From the NCBI GenBank assembly GCA_040901675.1, contig JBBDYJ010000025.1, positions 1 through 63,932 on the forward strand: 63,932 nt of DNA, given 5' to 3'. The translations under genes were made by a program, and so were the position numbers. This DNA is from Pirellulales bacterium (GTDB taxonomy: Bacteria > Planctomycetota > Planctomycetia > Pirellulales > JAICIG01). Of this stretch, positions 49,233 through 60,392 are shown piece by piece; position 1 is the first letter of the stretch; each line of letters begins with the position of its first letter. The notes under the pieces are model-generated. The model searched no databases and was not told where the DNA came from. It saw only the letters and a list, made by a program, of their open reading frames with translations.

Positions 49233-50612
49233 CTACTGTCGTCCGATTTGAAGCAAAGCTTTGTTGACGGCCGACTTCATTCCCTCATCGCCCACGTGGA
49301 GCAAACTTCGCAGCATGGGTACCGCAGTGCGCGCTTCGGGTCCGGCTTCGCCAAGCGCAACGGCTGCAGCATACCGTACATGCCTTCTGCCGTCCTCCAG
49401 CCCAGTCACAAGAACTGGGACAGTATCTTGCCTGTTATCCGATAGCCGTATCAAGGCGGATGCGGCAGTCACTCGGACGTCCGCGTCGGCATCTTGCAGC
49501 GCACGTCGCAACCCGGAAAGTCCGTCGGCTCCAAGGGCTCCAAGTCCACTTGCGCCGGCACAACGAACCGTTGGATCCGAATGATCCGCCAACTCCAGCA
49601 AGGCTCTAACAACCTCGTCGTTTGCCGGATCGATTCTTCGAATCGCTACCGTGGCTTCTCTGACGACGTAGATATCATGCGACCTGATACTATCAAGCAA
49701 TGGACCGAGCGCCGCGCCAGCCTCGGGCCCCATTTCGCCCAAGATACAAGCCACCGCAATTCTTTCCCAAACGCGATCTGCCTTCAACAGTTTTGCAACG
49801 TCGGAGGCGTGCTGGCGTCTGGCGGGACGTATGCCGCCCAGCGTACGGGCGGCCTCTAGTCGAACGGAAGAGGTGTTGTCTTGCAATGCGATGGCCACTG
49901 CTGCGACAACCTCCTCGGTTTGGGCGCCGAGTCGCTGCAATGAGCCAAGAGCATGCATGCGCACCCGGACTTCTTTGTCACCAAGCGCCTCTGCCAGAGT
50001 GGCGGACACTTCCTCATTTGGATGACCGATTCGCCCGAGTCCCCTGCAAGCGATCGCGCGCACCTCCCCATCTGAATCGTTTCGAACGCGCGAACGCAGC
50101 GCCTGTTCAACCCGGTGATCGACCGGCTTCATCTCCGTCAAGGTTACGAGACACCGAAGCCTTATCGATGCCTCGCTGCTATTGAGGCCTTGAAGAAGTT
50201 CCGCCTGTGCGCCTGGGCCAATTCGTGACAAAGCCAAAGCCGCGCCGCCCTCAACCAGATAGTTTACCTCCCATCCAATCACAGTAGCGGGGATTCCGCG
50301 GCGAAACTCGCCGATGAGCTTTGGTACTGCGGCCATTGCCCGGGGGCCCATTCGACCGATGGCATCGACTACCCGGCCCCGCGCCGATTCGTCAGTCGAC
50401 TTCTCCAACTGCTTCAGGAGCGATGTCAGGTCACCTGCACTGCGATTCAAGCCTGACAAATCGCAATTTGCCGAAGCGGTGTCCTGACCTTTACGCAGCT
50501 CGTGTGTGCAGGCAGCCGGCCCAAACTCTGCGACGGCGTATCGCGCCGCCGGGAGTTCGGCGGTTCCGAGCGACATTATTGCCATCACAGCCATGACGCT
50601 GGACGATCGCAT
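49233..50612 (-). CDS. HEAT repeat protein, secreted
   Basis: Repeated D....VR..AA.ALG.IG; atypical codon usage. Confidence 0.85.
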   Translation of the reverse strand: MRSSSVMAVMAIMSLGTAELPAARYAVAEFGPAACTHELRKGQDTASANCDLSGLNRSAGDLTSLLKQLEKSTDESARGRVVDAIGRMGPRAMAAVPKLIGEFRRGIPATVIGWEVNYLVEGGAALALSRIGPGAQAELLQGLNSSEASIRLRCLVTLTEMKPVDHRVEQALRSRVRNDSDGEVRAIACRGLGRIGHPNEEVSATLAEALGDKEVRVRMHALGSLQRLGAQTEEVVAAVAIALQDNTSSVRLEAARTLGGIRPARRQHASDVAKLLKADRVWERIAVACILGEMGPEAGAALGPLLDSIRSHDIYVVREATVAIRRIDPANDEVVRALLELADHSDPTVRCAGASGLGALGADGLSGLRRALQDADADVRVTAASALIRLSDNRQDTVPVLVTGLEDGRRHVRYAAAVALGEAGPEARTAVPMLRSLLHVGDEGMKSAVNKALLQIGRQ

Positions 50613-50880
50613 ACCACCCCCGATGCCAGCATCTGGCAAATAGAGTAAGGCAGTTTACCATGATTTGGCTAAGTTAACGCGACTAGCCCGGTTTTTGGAA
50701 GAGCGCTTTAGTGTCGGTCCGCCATAGGGGGCCCCGCGGCCCGACCCGGGGTCTGGGAGTCCAGAAAAAGATCGCCCGGCGAGAATGTGAATCGGGAGCT
50801 TGAAACCAGCACAACTGCTGAAGCTGCCGCGGACGGGGGCGGGCGCGCCTGAGACGCGGCCCACCCAAATCGCGCCGAAA

Positions 50881-50977
50881 GTAGAACGGAATTTATTCCG
50901 TTTTCCTTCGGCTGATCTCGGGAGGCACGGAATGAATTCCGTTCTACGGAGGGGAAACGGAATGAATTCCGTTCTAC
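50881..50977. repeat. GTAG-type REP cluster (family A), inverted pair plus extra copy
   Basis: GTAGAACGGAATTTATTCCGTT at 50881 (+); ACGGAATGAATTCCGTTCTAC ending at 50947 and 50977 (-). Confidence 0.85.
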
Positions 50978-50984
50978 GGGATCA

Positions 50985-51530
50985 CTAGCCGGGATGCTCG
51001 ACCAACAGCTCGCCTTTTTGCGGGTCGTAGACGTAGCGGTGGCCGATCGGCAACGCCGGCAATGCAATCTGGTTGAATTCGATGATCTCTTTCATGAACG
51101 CTTCCTGGCTCTTGGGCTTGTAACCGTTGGTGGCCTCGTAGAGTTGCATGGCGTGCGGAATCTGGATGTCGAACACGATTCGCTCGCGCGTGCTGAAATA
51201 GGCGGAAATGGGCGTCGTGATCAGGCCCGGCTCGTAGTCCCCCTTGCCCGTTACGCCGGCAGTCGCCCTCTCCCGGACCATTTCAGGCTGGGGAGCGGGG
51301 GCCGCGGGCGCGGGGGCCTGCGGGCCGCCGGGCTGGGGCGGAGGCGGCTGCTCGCCAACCGCGGCACCGGGAAGCGGGGCCGCGGGCGCCGGCTCGGTCT
51401 CGATTCCCACCAGGCCGGCGCCGCCCGCCGAGCCGGACGCATCACGCCGGTTCTCGCCGAGATCACCACAGCCGCCACAGCCCAGGGTTGCCGCCAGGGC
51501 GACTGCCCAAAGGATCGCCATGCGTTTCAT
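50985..51530 (-). CDS. Proline-rich hypothetical lipoprotein
   Basis: Lipobox TLGC, Pro-rich linker, LPALP..RYVYDP..GEL. Confidence 0.75.
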   Translation of the reverse strand: MKRMAILWAVALAATLGCGGCGDLGENRRDASGSAGGAGLVGIETEPAPAAPLPGAAVGEQPPPPQPGGPQAPAPAAPAPQPEMVRERATAGVTGKGDYEPGLITTPISAYFSTRERIVFDIQIPHAMQLYEATNGYKPKSQEAFMKEIIEFNQIALPALPIGHRYVYDPQKGELLVEHPG

Positions 51531-51559
51531 GTCTTGGTTCCTGTCAAAAAAAGTTCCTG

Positions 51560-52339
51560 TTAAAAAACCGTGGGCCAGCTTGGCAGGTCGAACTTCCAAC
51601 GTTCCATCTCGGACAGCACCACGCGCTTGGTCAGATCGAAGTCGAGCGGCGTCAGCGTCACAAATCCCTTGGCTAGCGCGGTCAAGTCGGTCTCCTGGTC
51701 GCCGGGCGGCGGTGGCGGGTCGCTGGTGGCCCAGAAGTAGCTGCGGCCGCGGGGGTCCGTGCGTTTTTCGAATTTCTCGCCGTACCGGCTCACGCCCATC
51801 GGCACCACCCGCAGGCTGCTGGGGACGGTGAGGGCGCGGGTCGGAATATTGAGGTTGTACAATTGCGGCGACGGGCCCTTTTGTTTGAGGATTTGTTCGA
51901 TTACCCCCCGGGCCAGCCGGGCGGCCCTGTCAAAGCGGGCGTGCTCGCTGAACTCCAGCGAGACGGCCACGCTGGTGATCTCGAAGAAGGCGCCTTCGAT
52001 GGCGGCCGCCACGGTTCCCGAATAAAGGACGTTGATGCCCGCATTCAGTCCGCCGTTGATCCCGCTGACCACCAGGTCGGGCCGCCCCGGGCAGAACTCG
52101 AAGACTCCGATCTTGACGCAGTCGGCCGGGCTGCCTTCGACGGCCCAACCGCGGCGGCGGTCGCCATCGAAGAGTTCCTTGACCACCAGCGGGCTAAGGA
52201 ACGTAATCGAATGGCCCACGCCGCTTTGCTCCGTGGCCGGGGCCACCACGCACACGTCGCCCAACTCGCGCAACTCGCGCTCCAAGGCCGTCAGGCCCGG
52301 AGCGTAGATGCCGTCGTCGTTCGTCAGCAGGATCTGCAC
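51560..52339 (-). CDS. surE: 5'/3'-nucleotidase SurE
   Basis: [37 protein letters not shown]. Confidence 0.96.
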   Translation of the reverse strand: MQILLTNDDGIYAPGLTALERELRELGDVCVVAPATEQSGVGHSITFLSPLVVKELFDGDRRRGWAVEGSPADCVKIGVFEFCPGRPDLVVSGINGGLNAGINVLYSGTVAAAIEGAFFEITSVAVSLEFSEHARFDRAARLARGVIEQILKQKGPSPQLYNLNIPTRALTVPSSLRVVPMGVSRYGEKFEKRTDPRGRSYFWATSDPPPPPGDQETDLTALAKGFVTLTPLDFDLTKRVVLSEMERWKFDLPSWPTVF

Positions 52340-52527
52340 GGGATGGCTCCACTATAATCGGGGGGCGGCAAAGCGGCAACGTGCCGCTGGCAAGGTGGTT
52401 CGGGCTGGCATATAATCGGCCGCTTGGCCCGTCGCAGGAGACGGGCATTTTTTGTTTGCCCCGGCTATGTGTGTCTGGGCTTTGTTTGTCTGGGCTTTGT
52501 TTGTCCCGGCAGGGAAAAAAGGCGGCC

Positions 52528-54108
52528 ATGACGAGCCCCCACAGCAACAGCAAGGGGCCCAGCACCGTCGGCGACGAAAAAGTGCTGGTGCTCGATTTCG
52601 GCTCGCAGTATGCCCAGTTGATCGCCCGCCGGGTCCGCGAGCAGCACGTCTACTGCGAGATCGTCCGGCACAACATCACCGCCGACCGGGTCCGCCAGAT
52701 CGACCCACGGGGGCTGATCCTGTCGGGAGGGCCCGCCAGCGTCTACGAGCCCGAAGCCCCCAAGTGCGACCCCGAACTGTTCCGCCTGGGCATTCCCGTG
52801 CTGGGAATCTGCTACGGCATGCAACTGGCCTGCCAGGCCCTGGGAGGCCAGGTCGAAAGCGTCCCGGCCCGCGAGTACGGCCGGGCCAACCTCCGCATCA
52901 CCAGGCCCGACGAGCTTCTCGGCGACCTGCCGGCCCAGACCGAGGTCTGGATGAGCCATGGCGACCAGGTATCGGAGGTCTCCGGCGATTTTATCGCCCT
53001 GGCCGAAACGGCCACCTGCCCGATTGCCGCCGTGAGGCACGCGGACTTGCCGGTGTACGGACTGCAGTTTCACCCGGAGGTCACGCACACGCCGCACGGG
53101 GGCAAGGTGCTAGCCAACTTCCTCCGGCACATCTGCCACACCAGCGGCCGCTGGCAACTGGGCGACTTTGCCAAGGAGGCCATCGCCCGCATCCGCGGCC
53201 AGGTGGACGGCGGGCGGGTGATCTGCGGCTTGTCCGGCGGAGTCGATTCGTCGGTCGTGGCCGCGTTGTTGTACCAGGCGATCGGGCCGCGGTTGTCGTG
53301 CATCCTGGTCGACAATGGCCTGTTGCGCAAAGCGGAAGAGGAGGCGGTCATCCGCGAGTTCTCCAATCACTTCCGCGCCGACCTGCACGTGGTCAAGGCC
53401 GAGGACCGCTTCTTGCAAGCCCTGGCCGGCGTGGTCGATCCACAGGAAAAGCGGCGGCGGATCGGGCGGGCGTTTATCGAGTGCTTTGCGGATGAGGCGG
53501 CCCGGATCGAAGGGGCGGAGTTCCTGGCCCAAGGAACGCTCTATCCCGACGTGATCGAGAGCGGCGCCGCCCTGGACGGCCCGGCGGCCACGATTAAGCT
53601 GCACCACAACGTGGGCGGCCTGCCCGAGGACCTGAGCTTCAAGCTGATCGAACCGCTGCGCGACCTGTTCAAGGACGAGGTGCGGCGGCTGGGGCTGGAG
53701 CTGGGACTGCCCGACGAGATTGTCTGGCGGCACCCGTTTCCGGGTCCCGGCCTGGCGGTGCGGTGTGTCGGGGAAGTGACCCGCGAGCGGCTGCACCGCT
53801 TGCGCGAGGCCGACGAGATCGTGGTGGCGGAGATCCGGGCCGCCGGGCTGTACCGGCAGACGGCCCAGGTGTTCGCGGTGCTGCTGGGGGTGGAGAGCGT
53901 GGGCGTGATGGGCGACGCCCGGACGTATGAGGAGGCGGTGGCGGTGCGCTCGATCGACACGGAGGATTTCATGACGGCCGACTGGAGCCGGCTGCCTTAC
54001 GAGCTACTGGCCCGGATATCCACTCGAATCATCAATGAAGTCAAAGGCGTCAACCGGGTTGTGTACGATATCAGCTCGAAGCCGCCGGCCACGATCGAAT
54101 GGGAGTAG
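52528..54108 (+). CDS. guaA: GMP synthase (glutamine-hydrolysing)
   Basis: [41 protein letters not shown]. Confidence 0.98.
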   Translation: MTSPHSNSKGPSTVGDEKVLVLDFGSQYAQLIARRVREQHVYCEIVRHNITADRVRQIDPRGLILSGGPASVYEPEAPKCDPELFRLGIPVLGICYGMQLACQALGGQVESVPAREYGRANLRITRPDELLGDLPAQTEVWMSHGDQVSEVSGDFIALAETATCPIAAVRHADLPVYGLQFHPEVTHTPHGGKVLANFLRHICHTSGRWQLGDFAKEAIARIRGQVDGGRVICGLSGGVDSSVVAALLYQAIGPRLSCILVDNGLLRKAEEEAVIREFSNHFRADLHVVKAEDRFLQALAGVVDPQEKRRRIGRAFIECFADEAARIEGAEFLAQGTLYPDVIESGAALDGPAATIKLHHNVGGLPEDLSFKLIEPLRDLFKDEVRRLGLELGLPDEIVWRHPFPGPGLAVRCVGEVTRERLHRLREADEIVVAEIRAAGLYRQTAQVFAVLLGVESVGVMGDARTYEEAVAVRSIDTEDFMTADWSRLPYELLARISTRIINEVKGVNRVVYDISSKPPATIEWE

Positions 54109-54211
54109 AATACTTCAGGGTCGCGGGCGAATTACGGGTGGGCCGAGCTTGTTGAGGGCCCCGCGCCGAGGTTGTCGACGGCCCGCCCTGAGCTCGAAGG
54201 GGGTGACGACC

Positions 54212-55105
54212 ATGCACAAGACAGTGTTGCCTGTTGGTTGGAAAGTCCCGGAATTGTTCGTTGCCCGCCTGGGCGAGACGGCGGGCCGGCAGCGGGCGAT
54301 GGCCAGCGAGGGCCACCTGCTGATCGTGCTGCACGAGCCGCCGGGCCCGGACGACGTCGAGCGGCGCGGGCGGCTGTTCTGGCGTGAGCCGGGGGGCGGT
54401 TGGAAGTCGAACACGCTGGGCGCCGGCGTGCAGGCGCTGCGCAAACACGTGGCCGACTTTGCCGAGTTGGTGGACAACTTGGAAGACGCGTTTCAGCAGA
54501 GCAGGGGGGCGGAAGATTATTTCGCGGTGCTGCAAGCAGTCGCCCCGCTGCATCGCACCGCGCGGAACATGCACGCGGCCTTGCAGCAGGCCCGCGAGCT
54601 GATGCCCGACGAGCGCGACTTGATCGTGCTGCGCGACCAGTCGGGCGAGGTCGAGCTGGCGGCCGAGCTTTTGCACGGCGACGCCAAGAACGGGCTCGAC
54701 TTCACGATGGCCCGTCAGAGCGAGGAACAAACGCGGCGCGGCTACGAGATGGCGCGCTCGGCCCACCGGCTCAACTTGCTGGCGGCGATCTTTTTTCCCG
54801 TGGCCACGCTGAGCGCGATTTTCGGGATGAACCTGGTCCACGGCTTCGAGAGTTTTCCCTCGCCGCTCACGTTCTGGGTGGTGCTGGCCGTCGGATTATT
54901 GGGAGGTATGCTGCTGACCGCCTCGATTTCGCAGCGTCCCAAGCCGCATCAGCCGGCCATCCAGCGCCGGCAATCGTCGCCGCACAAGGATCCTTTCTTG
55001 CGTGCTGCGCCCATGGAGGCCCACGGGGCCGACCATCACTCGGTGCCCGGTGCCGCGCCGCCCTCCGGGCCGGCGGCGGCGCCGCGGCCGGCCAGCAGGC
55101 AATGA
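54212..55105 (+). CDS. CorA-like membrane protein
   Basis: Helical domain then LAAIFFP..IFGMNL with two TM helices. Confidence 0.75.
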   Translation: MHKTVLPVGWKVPELFVARLGETAGRQRAMASEGHLLIVLHEPPGPDDVERRGRLFWREPGGGWKSNTLGAGVQALRKHVADFAELVDNLEDAFQQSRGAEDYFAVLQAVAPLHRTARNMHAALQQARELMPDERDLIVLRDQSGEVELAAELLHGDAKNGLDFTMARQSEEQTRRGYEMARSAHRLNLLAAIFFPVATLSAIFGMNLVHGFESFPSPLTFWVVLAVGLLGGMLLTASISQRPKPHQPAIQRRQSSPHKDPFLRAAPMEAHGADHHSVPGAAPPSGPAAAPRPASRQ

Positions 55106-55331
55106 TCCGTTCGATTTCGAGTTGCAAAACGGCCACGCTCAAGGTGACCTATTACGACCAAGGCGACGGCGCATCCCGGCGCGCCGGGATGCCTGCTACA
55201 GCAACGGCACACGGAGTGCGACCTGCTTACTCAACAGTCCGGTTACGAAGGTTTGTCGTACCCCTATTGTGACGGTAGAATTGATCCGGGGCAGATCGAC
55301 GCGCTCTGACGTGGACCAATAAGGAGTTTGG

Positions 55332-55702
55332 ATGGGAGCAACGCATGTTACCGTCGCGGTAGTGAATCCCGCGGACCCCAGCCGCCGGTGGGAGGGCTTG
55401 TTCCTTGTGGATACTGGAGCCGTCGACTGCTACGTCCCGGGCAACCGGCTGCGCGAGATCGGTCTGGAGCCGCGGGGGCGGCGCGTGTACGAGCTTGCCG
55501 ACGGGAGAGAAGTCGCTTTGGACATCGCGGTTGCCCAGGTGGAGTTCATGGGTGAAGTGGTCGGCGCGACTGTGATCTTTGGAGACGACTCCGCGGAGCC
55601 GCTGTTGGGCGCGACCGCGTTGGCATCGAGGTCGATCCGCTCAACCAGCGACTGAAGCGACTGCCCGCGGTCAGGCTGAAGGCGCTTGGTCTCGCGCGGT
55701 AA
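55332..55702 (+). pseudogene. Clan AA (retropepsin-like) aspartic protease, frameshifted near the 3' end
   Basis: LVDTGA, ELADG, EPLLGATAL; the expected tail GIEVDPLNQRLKRLPAVRLK is in another frame from ~55622. Confidence 0.8.
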
Positions 55703-55728
55703 AGCTCGACCATCTCCCCGAATGGCGT

Positions 55729-56334
55729 TCAGCGGCTGAGCATCTCGCTGGCCGAGACGATCGTCTCGGCGATCTCGGTCAGCTTCTTGTTCTTGCTGTC
55801 GGCCAGGCTCTGCAAGCGGCTGAAGGCTTCCATCTCGCCGACGCCAAGACGTTTCATCAACAGCCCCTTGGCCCGCTCGATGACCTTGCGTTCGAAGAGC
55901 GCCTGGCGAAGGTCGTCGGTTTCCTTGCTCAGGGTTTGAAACTCGCTGTAGCGGCGCACCGCCAGCGCAATGGCCGCCTCGAGCTGGGCCTGGGTGATCG
56001 GTTTGACCAGGTAGGCCAGGATGTGGTTCTCCTGGGCCCGGCGGATCAGCCGCTTTTGCGAATAGGCCGAAAGAAGGATGATCGGCGTGGGTCGTTTCTC
56101 ATAGATGAACCGGGCGGCGTCCAAGCCGTCCATGTCGGGCATCTTGATGTCGGTGATGATCAGGTCCGGTTGCCGGGACTTGCACCAGCCCACCAGCTCC
56201 AGGCCGGTGGTGGCGGAAAAGATCACTTCGTGTCCCAAGGCGACCAACATCCGCTCCATGGTCTCGCGGACCGCGGCATCGTCGTCGGCCAGGCCAATTC
56301 GTAGGCGCGCTTGCTCAGTGGATCCAGCAGCCAT
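55729..56334 (-). CDS. ANTAR domain response regulator
   Basis: ADDD, ITDIKMPDMDG, YLVKP; ERKVIERAKGLLM...EAFSRLQ. Confidence 0.93.
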   Translation of the reverse strand: MAAGSTEQARLRIGLADDDAAVRETMERMLVALGHEVIFSATTGLELVGWCKSRQPDLIITDIKMPDMDGLDAARFIYEKRPTPIILLSAYSQKRLIRRAQENHILAYLVKPITQAQLEAAIALAVRRYSEFQTLSKETDDLRQALFERKVIERAKGLLMKRLGVGEMEAFSRLQSLADSKNKKLTEIAETIVSASEMLSR

Positions 56335-56593
56335 AGCCGTCCCGATTCCCAGGTGCCGTTAAAGTTAGCCCCACTACCCTAATTTGCGCAAGCGTTAACC
56401 GCAAGGCGGGAAAGGAGACGCACCGAAAGGGGGGGAGGGAAGGCAGGTAGCCAGGCTTGCGTGATTCTTAGACCCTTGCTCCTTCAGCTTTCAAAAACAT
56501 AGGCCGGGGCTTCAACGGCGAAGCCCCGGCCGGGGCCTCCAGACCAGCCCCTCCCAAAAATGCTCCAGCCGGACCGCACTCTTTTGGGATGAT

Positions 56594-57793
56594 TTAGCTG
56601 CCGCCGGGCGATAGCTTCTGTCCGGACGGGCAGCTTGGACTCAGTGCGGTGGGCGAACCGAGCTCCAGGCCGGCAGCCGAACCGCCCGGATCGTCCGGTG
56701 CTGGATCGTGCCATGGATCACATCCGCCAACGCCGAGGCCGCCGTGGCCGAGCCGTCCGCCGCCAGCGGTGCCGGCCCCCAGCGCGGCCGAGGTTAAACC
56801 CAGCGGCGAGCGTGGCCGGGGCTCGCCGGACGTATCACCGGCAAAGGCTGCGGGCTCGCGGCCGTCCGATGGCCCGACGACAGCGACTCGGGCCAGCACG
56901 CCGCTGGGAATGATCACTTGAGCCGCGATACCCCGTCCCGGCGGTCTGGGTTGCGCCGGCGGCGACACGGCCGCCACCACGCCGCACGTGAGCGCGGCCG
57001 CGCCTATCAGCAGCAGGGCCAGAGCCACCACCGCGCCCAGCGATTGAAGGCGCGCAGCAGGCAGCTCCTTGATCGACTCGCGCAGCAACTCCACCACCGA
57101 CTCGGGTAAAGTTTCGACGGCCGCATGATCGGACGCCAACACGAGGGCTGAGCGGACCGTGGACTCGACAAGCGTGGACGGTACGGCCGCCGAAGCGTGC
57201 CCGCTGAACAGCAGCGTCAACAGCCCGGCCGACAGGGTGAGGCCACGGCGGGTGAGCCGACTGCGCAACAACACGCGGCCCCGCTCGAGCCGCCACGAAA
57301 TCGAACCGGGCGGGCAGCCCAAGCGGGCGGCGGCCTCTTCGTGGGTCAGCCCCTCCAGGTAACAGAGCACCAAGGCCGAGCGGTACTTGTCGGGCAAGCG
57401 GTTGAGTTCTTCGTCGAGCACGCGGCGGACTTCCTGCCAGGCGACTTCCAGCGTCGGCTCGGCAACCGGCATGGACTGGGCCTGCCTTTCGCATACGGTC
57501 CGGCGGGCGGCTCGCTGTCTGGCCTTGAGGGCCACCCGATAAGCGACCCCGTACAGCCAATTAGCCAGCAGCTCCGGCTTGCGGATCGAACCGCTCTTGC
57601 GGGCCAACACCAGGAAGGCCGTTTGAAAAGCGTCTTCCGAATCGTGCGTGTTGTTGAGCACGCGCCGGCAGAGCTTCGTCCCCTTCGGCACTGAACCGGG
57701 CCAGCAATTGGGCGTCTGTAGGCTCGTCGACGAGCGGCGAGCGGATGCGTTCGTGAACGAGGTGTCCGTCTGGCACGATTGGGTCTCCCGCAT
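56594..57793 (-). pseudogene. ECF sigma-70 factor with C-terminal extension; region 2.1 disrupted by deletion/frameshift near 57672
   Basis: TDAQLLARF..GDEA in one frame (GTG 57776 with GGGAG RBS); CRRVL..DSEDAFQTAFLVLARK..LCYLEG in another; the usual linker helix is missing. Confidence 0.7.
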
Positions 57794-58008
57794 GGCCGGC
57801 CTGGTTCCTTATTCCTATACTGCCTCCGGGCAGCCAAATGAATGGAATAATCCGGAAAAAAACAAAAAACCGGCCTCTGACGAGCGGCGCCTCGCTCGTG
57901 CGGCCGCGGCAGATGGCGGACCAAGGAAACGTCTGAGTGACCGAGATCGTGGTCCCCACCCGAACGCGGGCCCGGACGACGGGGTCGATCCGCGCCTGGA
58001 CGGCACGG

Positions 58009-58656
58009 TTACGAGGCGGGCTGGCGGAACTCGGCACGGTAAACCGACTGGCCGTGCAGCCGCATGCGGCGCTCGAAGTGCGTGCGGTAGTCCAGTTCGT
58101 GCTCGGCCGGCCGCTCGGGCACCTCGAAGGGCCCCGCCAGCGTCGTGGCGTCGGCGATCAACTCCAGCGTGCTGGTGAAGTACTCTTCGACGTCGGTCCA
58201 GAAGTGCAGCGGACCGCCGGGCGCGAGCGTCCGCTCGACCTCGCACAAAAACCGCGCGTTCATCACTCGCCGCTTCTTATGCCGCGCCTTCCACCACGGG
58301 TCGGGAAAATACACGTGGACGGCCGCCAGCGACCCATCCGGCAAGAGCTCGGCCAAAACCCGCTGCGCGTCGGCATTGACGACGCAGGCATTCTGTAGCC
58401 CCTGCCGGGCCAGCCGGGCGGCCGCGTGCTGCGCGTATTTGCGCGCTATCTCGATCCCCAGGAAATCGTGCTGGGGCCGGGCCGCTGCCGCCGACGACAA
58501 GAACAACCCCTTGCCGCTGCCCACTTCCACTTCCAAGGCCGCCCGCCGCCCGAATACCCGCTCGGCATCCCAAGGACGCGGCAGCTCATCGAACGAGCGC
58601 AGGTGCCGCGACAGGTCGATCGCCGGATCGAGTTTTCTCAGCGCTCGGCGAGACAT
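58009..58656 (-). CDS. trmB: tRNA (guanine-N7)-methyltransferase
   Basis: EVGSGKG, GIE, YFPDPWWKARHKKRR, TDVEEY, THFERR. Confidence 0.95.
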   Translation of the reverse strand: MSRRALRKLDPAIDLSRHLRSFDELPRPWDAERVFGRRAALEVEVGSGKGLFLSSAAAARPQHDFLGIEIARKYAQHAAARLARQGLQNACVVNADAQRVLAELLPDGSLAAVHVYFPDPWWKARHKKRRVMNARFLCEVERTLAPGGPLHFWTDVEEYFTSTLELIADATTLAGPFEVPERPAEHELDYRTHFERRMRLHGQSVYRAEFRQPAS

Positions 58657-58731
58657 GGGACAGGCGACATTGGGACAGGGCCGCTTCCTCGTACTCCTCC
58701 TTCTGCCTTCCTCCTTCCTTCTTCTGCCCTC

Positions 58732-59262
58732 TTACTCCTCCTTCCTCCTTCCTCCTTCCTCCTTCTTCCCTCCGTCCAATCGCAGCGGAACGCCCTTGAT
58801 CTGCCCCTCGCAGACCAGCGACTGGCGCACGAAGCCCTGGAATCGGCTCACGATCATCCCGCCCCGGCGGGCCTTTGTCAGTTGGGCCACCATCACCAGC
58901 CGGTCGCCCGGCAGCACCGGGTCGCGGAACCGCACCTCGTCCAGACCGCCCAGACCGAGCACCTCCGCCCCCAGCAGGTCGAACTTGAGCGACAGGTAGC
59001 TGCACAACTGCGCGGCCACCTCGCACATCAGCACGCCCGGCATCAGCGCAACGCGCGGCATGTGGCCGCGGACCCAGAACTCGTCGTGCCGCACGTCCTT
59101 GTATCCCACCCCCAGCTTGCGCTGTGGATCGACATAGACGACCGCCGTCAACTGCTCCATCTCGAACCGCTGAGGGTTGTAGCGGCGGATTTCTTCCGCA
59201 TCGGCCACCACGTGGTTCAGATCGTACTCGGAAAAGTCGACGATCAGACGCTTGTCGGCCAC
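58732..59262 (-). CDS. 3-hydroxyacyl-ACP dehydratase FabZ/FabA family
   Basis: NPQRFEM, EFWVRGHMP..MPGVLMCE..AQ, VRFRDPVLPGD. Confidence 0.88.
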   Translation of the reverse strand: MADKRLIVDFSEYDLNHVVADAEEIRRYNPQRFEMEQLTAVVYVDPQRKLGVGYKDVRHDEFWVRGHMPRVALMPGVLMCEVAAQLCSYLSLKFDLLGAEVLGLGGLDEVRFRDPVLPGDRLVMVAQLTKARRGGMIVSRFQGFVRQSLVCEGQIKGVPLRLDGGKKEEGGRRKEE

Positions 59263-59662
59263 CCGAGCGCTCCGCCTGTCGATTCGCGTTGGTTGTTAGT
59301 GATCCGCATTCATGCGGTCCCAGTTCGTGGCGACCCGCTTGCACACGGTCCCCTCGGGGCAGGGCCAGTTTTATGTCCAAAGCAGGCAGGATTCCCAACC
59401 TCCCCGCTGCAAGCCGCACGCCGGCGGCGAAACCGGGCTGGCGCAGCGTCAGGTCTTGATGTCGCGGCGCTTCAGCCGGCGGGCTTTGCTGTTGGCGGGA
59501 CGCTTTCCGTGGTTGGCTTTCTTCAGTTTGCGGTGGGGCTTTGCCATTTCTCACTCGTTACGGTCGGGGCTTCAAAATGTTCAAGCCCCCAGATTATCAT
59601 GGATACCGCGATCTGACGAGGAGTTTTCGGCCCGACACAGGCGGATCTTCGACTTGGGTGCG

Positions 59663-59802
59663 GTCCACTGCTTGGAGCTGCCGGCGTGGTCGGCTGCCGA
59701 GAAGCAGTGCTCGTCGGGAGTGACTTGCAGCACGTGGTGGTCCCTACGGCACTGCTTCGTCCGCCTGTGGCGGACCTTAGAGCGGCCTTCGAGCAATGGC
59801 AC
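59663..59802. repeat. Dispersed MITE/REPIN-like element, copy 2
   Basis: Matches 26531-26645 (GTCCACTGCTTGGAGCTGCCGGCGTGG ... GGCGGACCTTAGAGCGGCCTTC). Confidence 0.75.
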
Positions 59803-59847
59803 GACTTGCCGAGAAAACAGTGCTCGTCCTGAGGACATGAGCTGACC

Positions 59848-60360
59848 ATGACCGCCGGCGAATTGGCCACCCTCTGGACGATCCGGGCCGCCTTGGCCTG
59901 CTACTTCGCGGCCCTCATCGCGCAGACGGCTGGCCGCCGCGAATCGTCGCAAAGCCTTGGGCGGCTCTTTTGGACGGCCGGCTGCCTGGTGTATCTTGCC
60001 CACGTGGCCTGTGCATTCCACTATTATCATGGCTGGAGTCATGGCACCGCCTGGCGGCACACGGCCGGCGTCACGCAGCAGGTGATCGGCTGGCACTGGG
60101 GCGGCGGGCTTTTCGTCAACTACCTGTTCAGCGCCGTCTGGCTGGGCGACGTCGCCTGGTGGTGGATTCGGCCCGCCGGGCGCCGCGCCAGGCCGGCCGC
60201 CGTCTCGCTGGCCGTCCATGGCTTTATGCTGTTCGTGGTCGTTAACGCCACGGTCGTCTTCGAGACCGGCGCGCTGCGCTGGCTGGCGCTGGCCGCCTGC
60301 CTGCTGCTGGCCGCCTGCTGGCTTGCCCGACGGCGCCGGGCAGCGACCAATGACCAATGA
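59848..60360 (+). CDS. Hypothetical membrane protein
   Basis: HVACAFHYYHGWSH, NYLF, several TM helices. Confidence 0.75.
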   Translation: MTAGELATLWTIRAALACYFAALIAQTAGRRESSQSLGRLFWTAGCLVYLAHVACAFHYYHGWSHGTAWRHTAGVTQQVIGWHWGGGLFVNYLFSAVWLGDVAWWWIRPAGRRARPAAVSLAVHGFMLFVVVNATVVFETGALRWLALAACLLLAACWLARRRRAATNDQ

Positions 60361-60392
60361 CCAATGACCAGTGACAGGTCCTGACGCCCGCC

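Noticed and set aside
50881..50977. Possible mini-CRISPR from the repeated 22-mer
   Set aside because: Copies are in both orientations with very short spacing; fits GTAG REP elements
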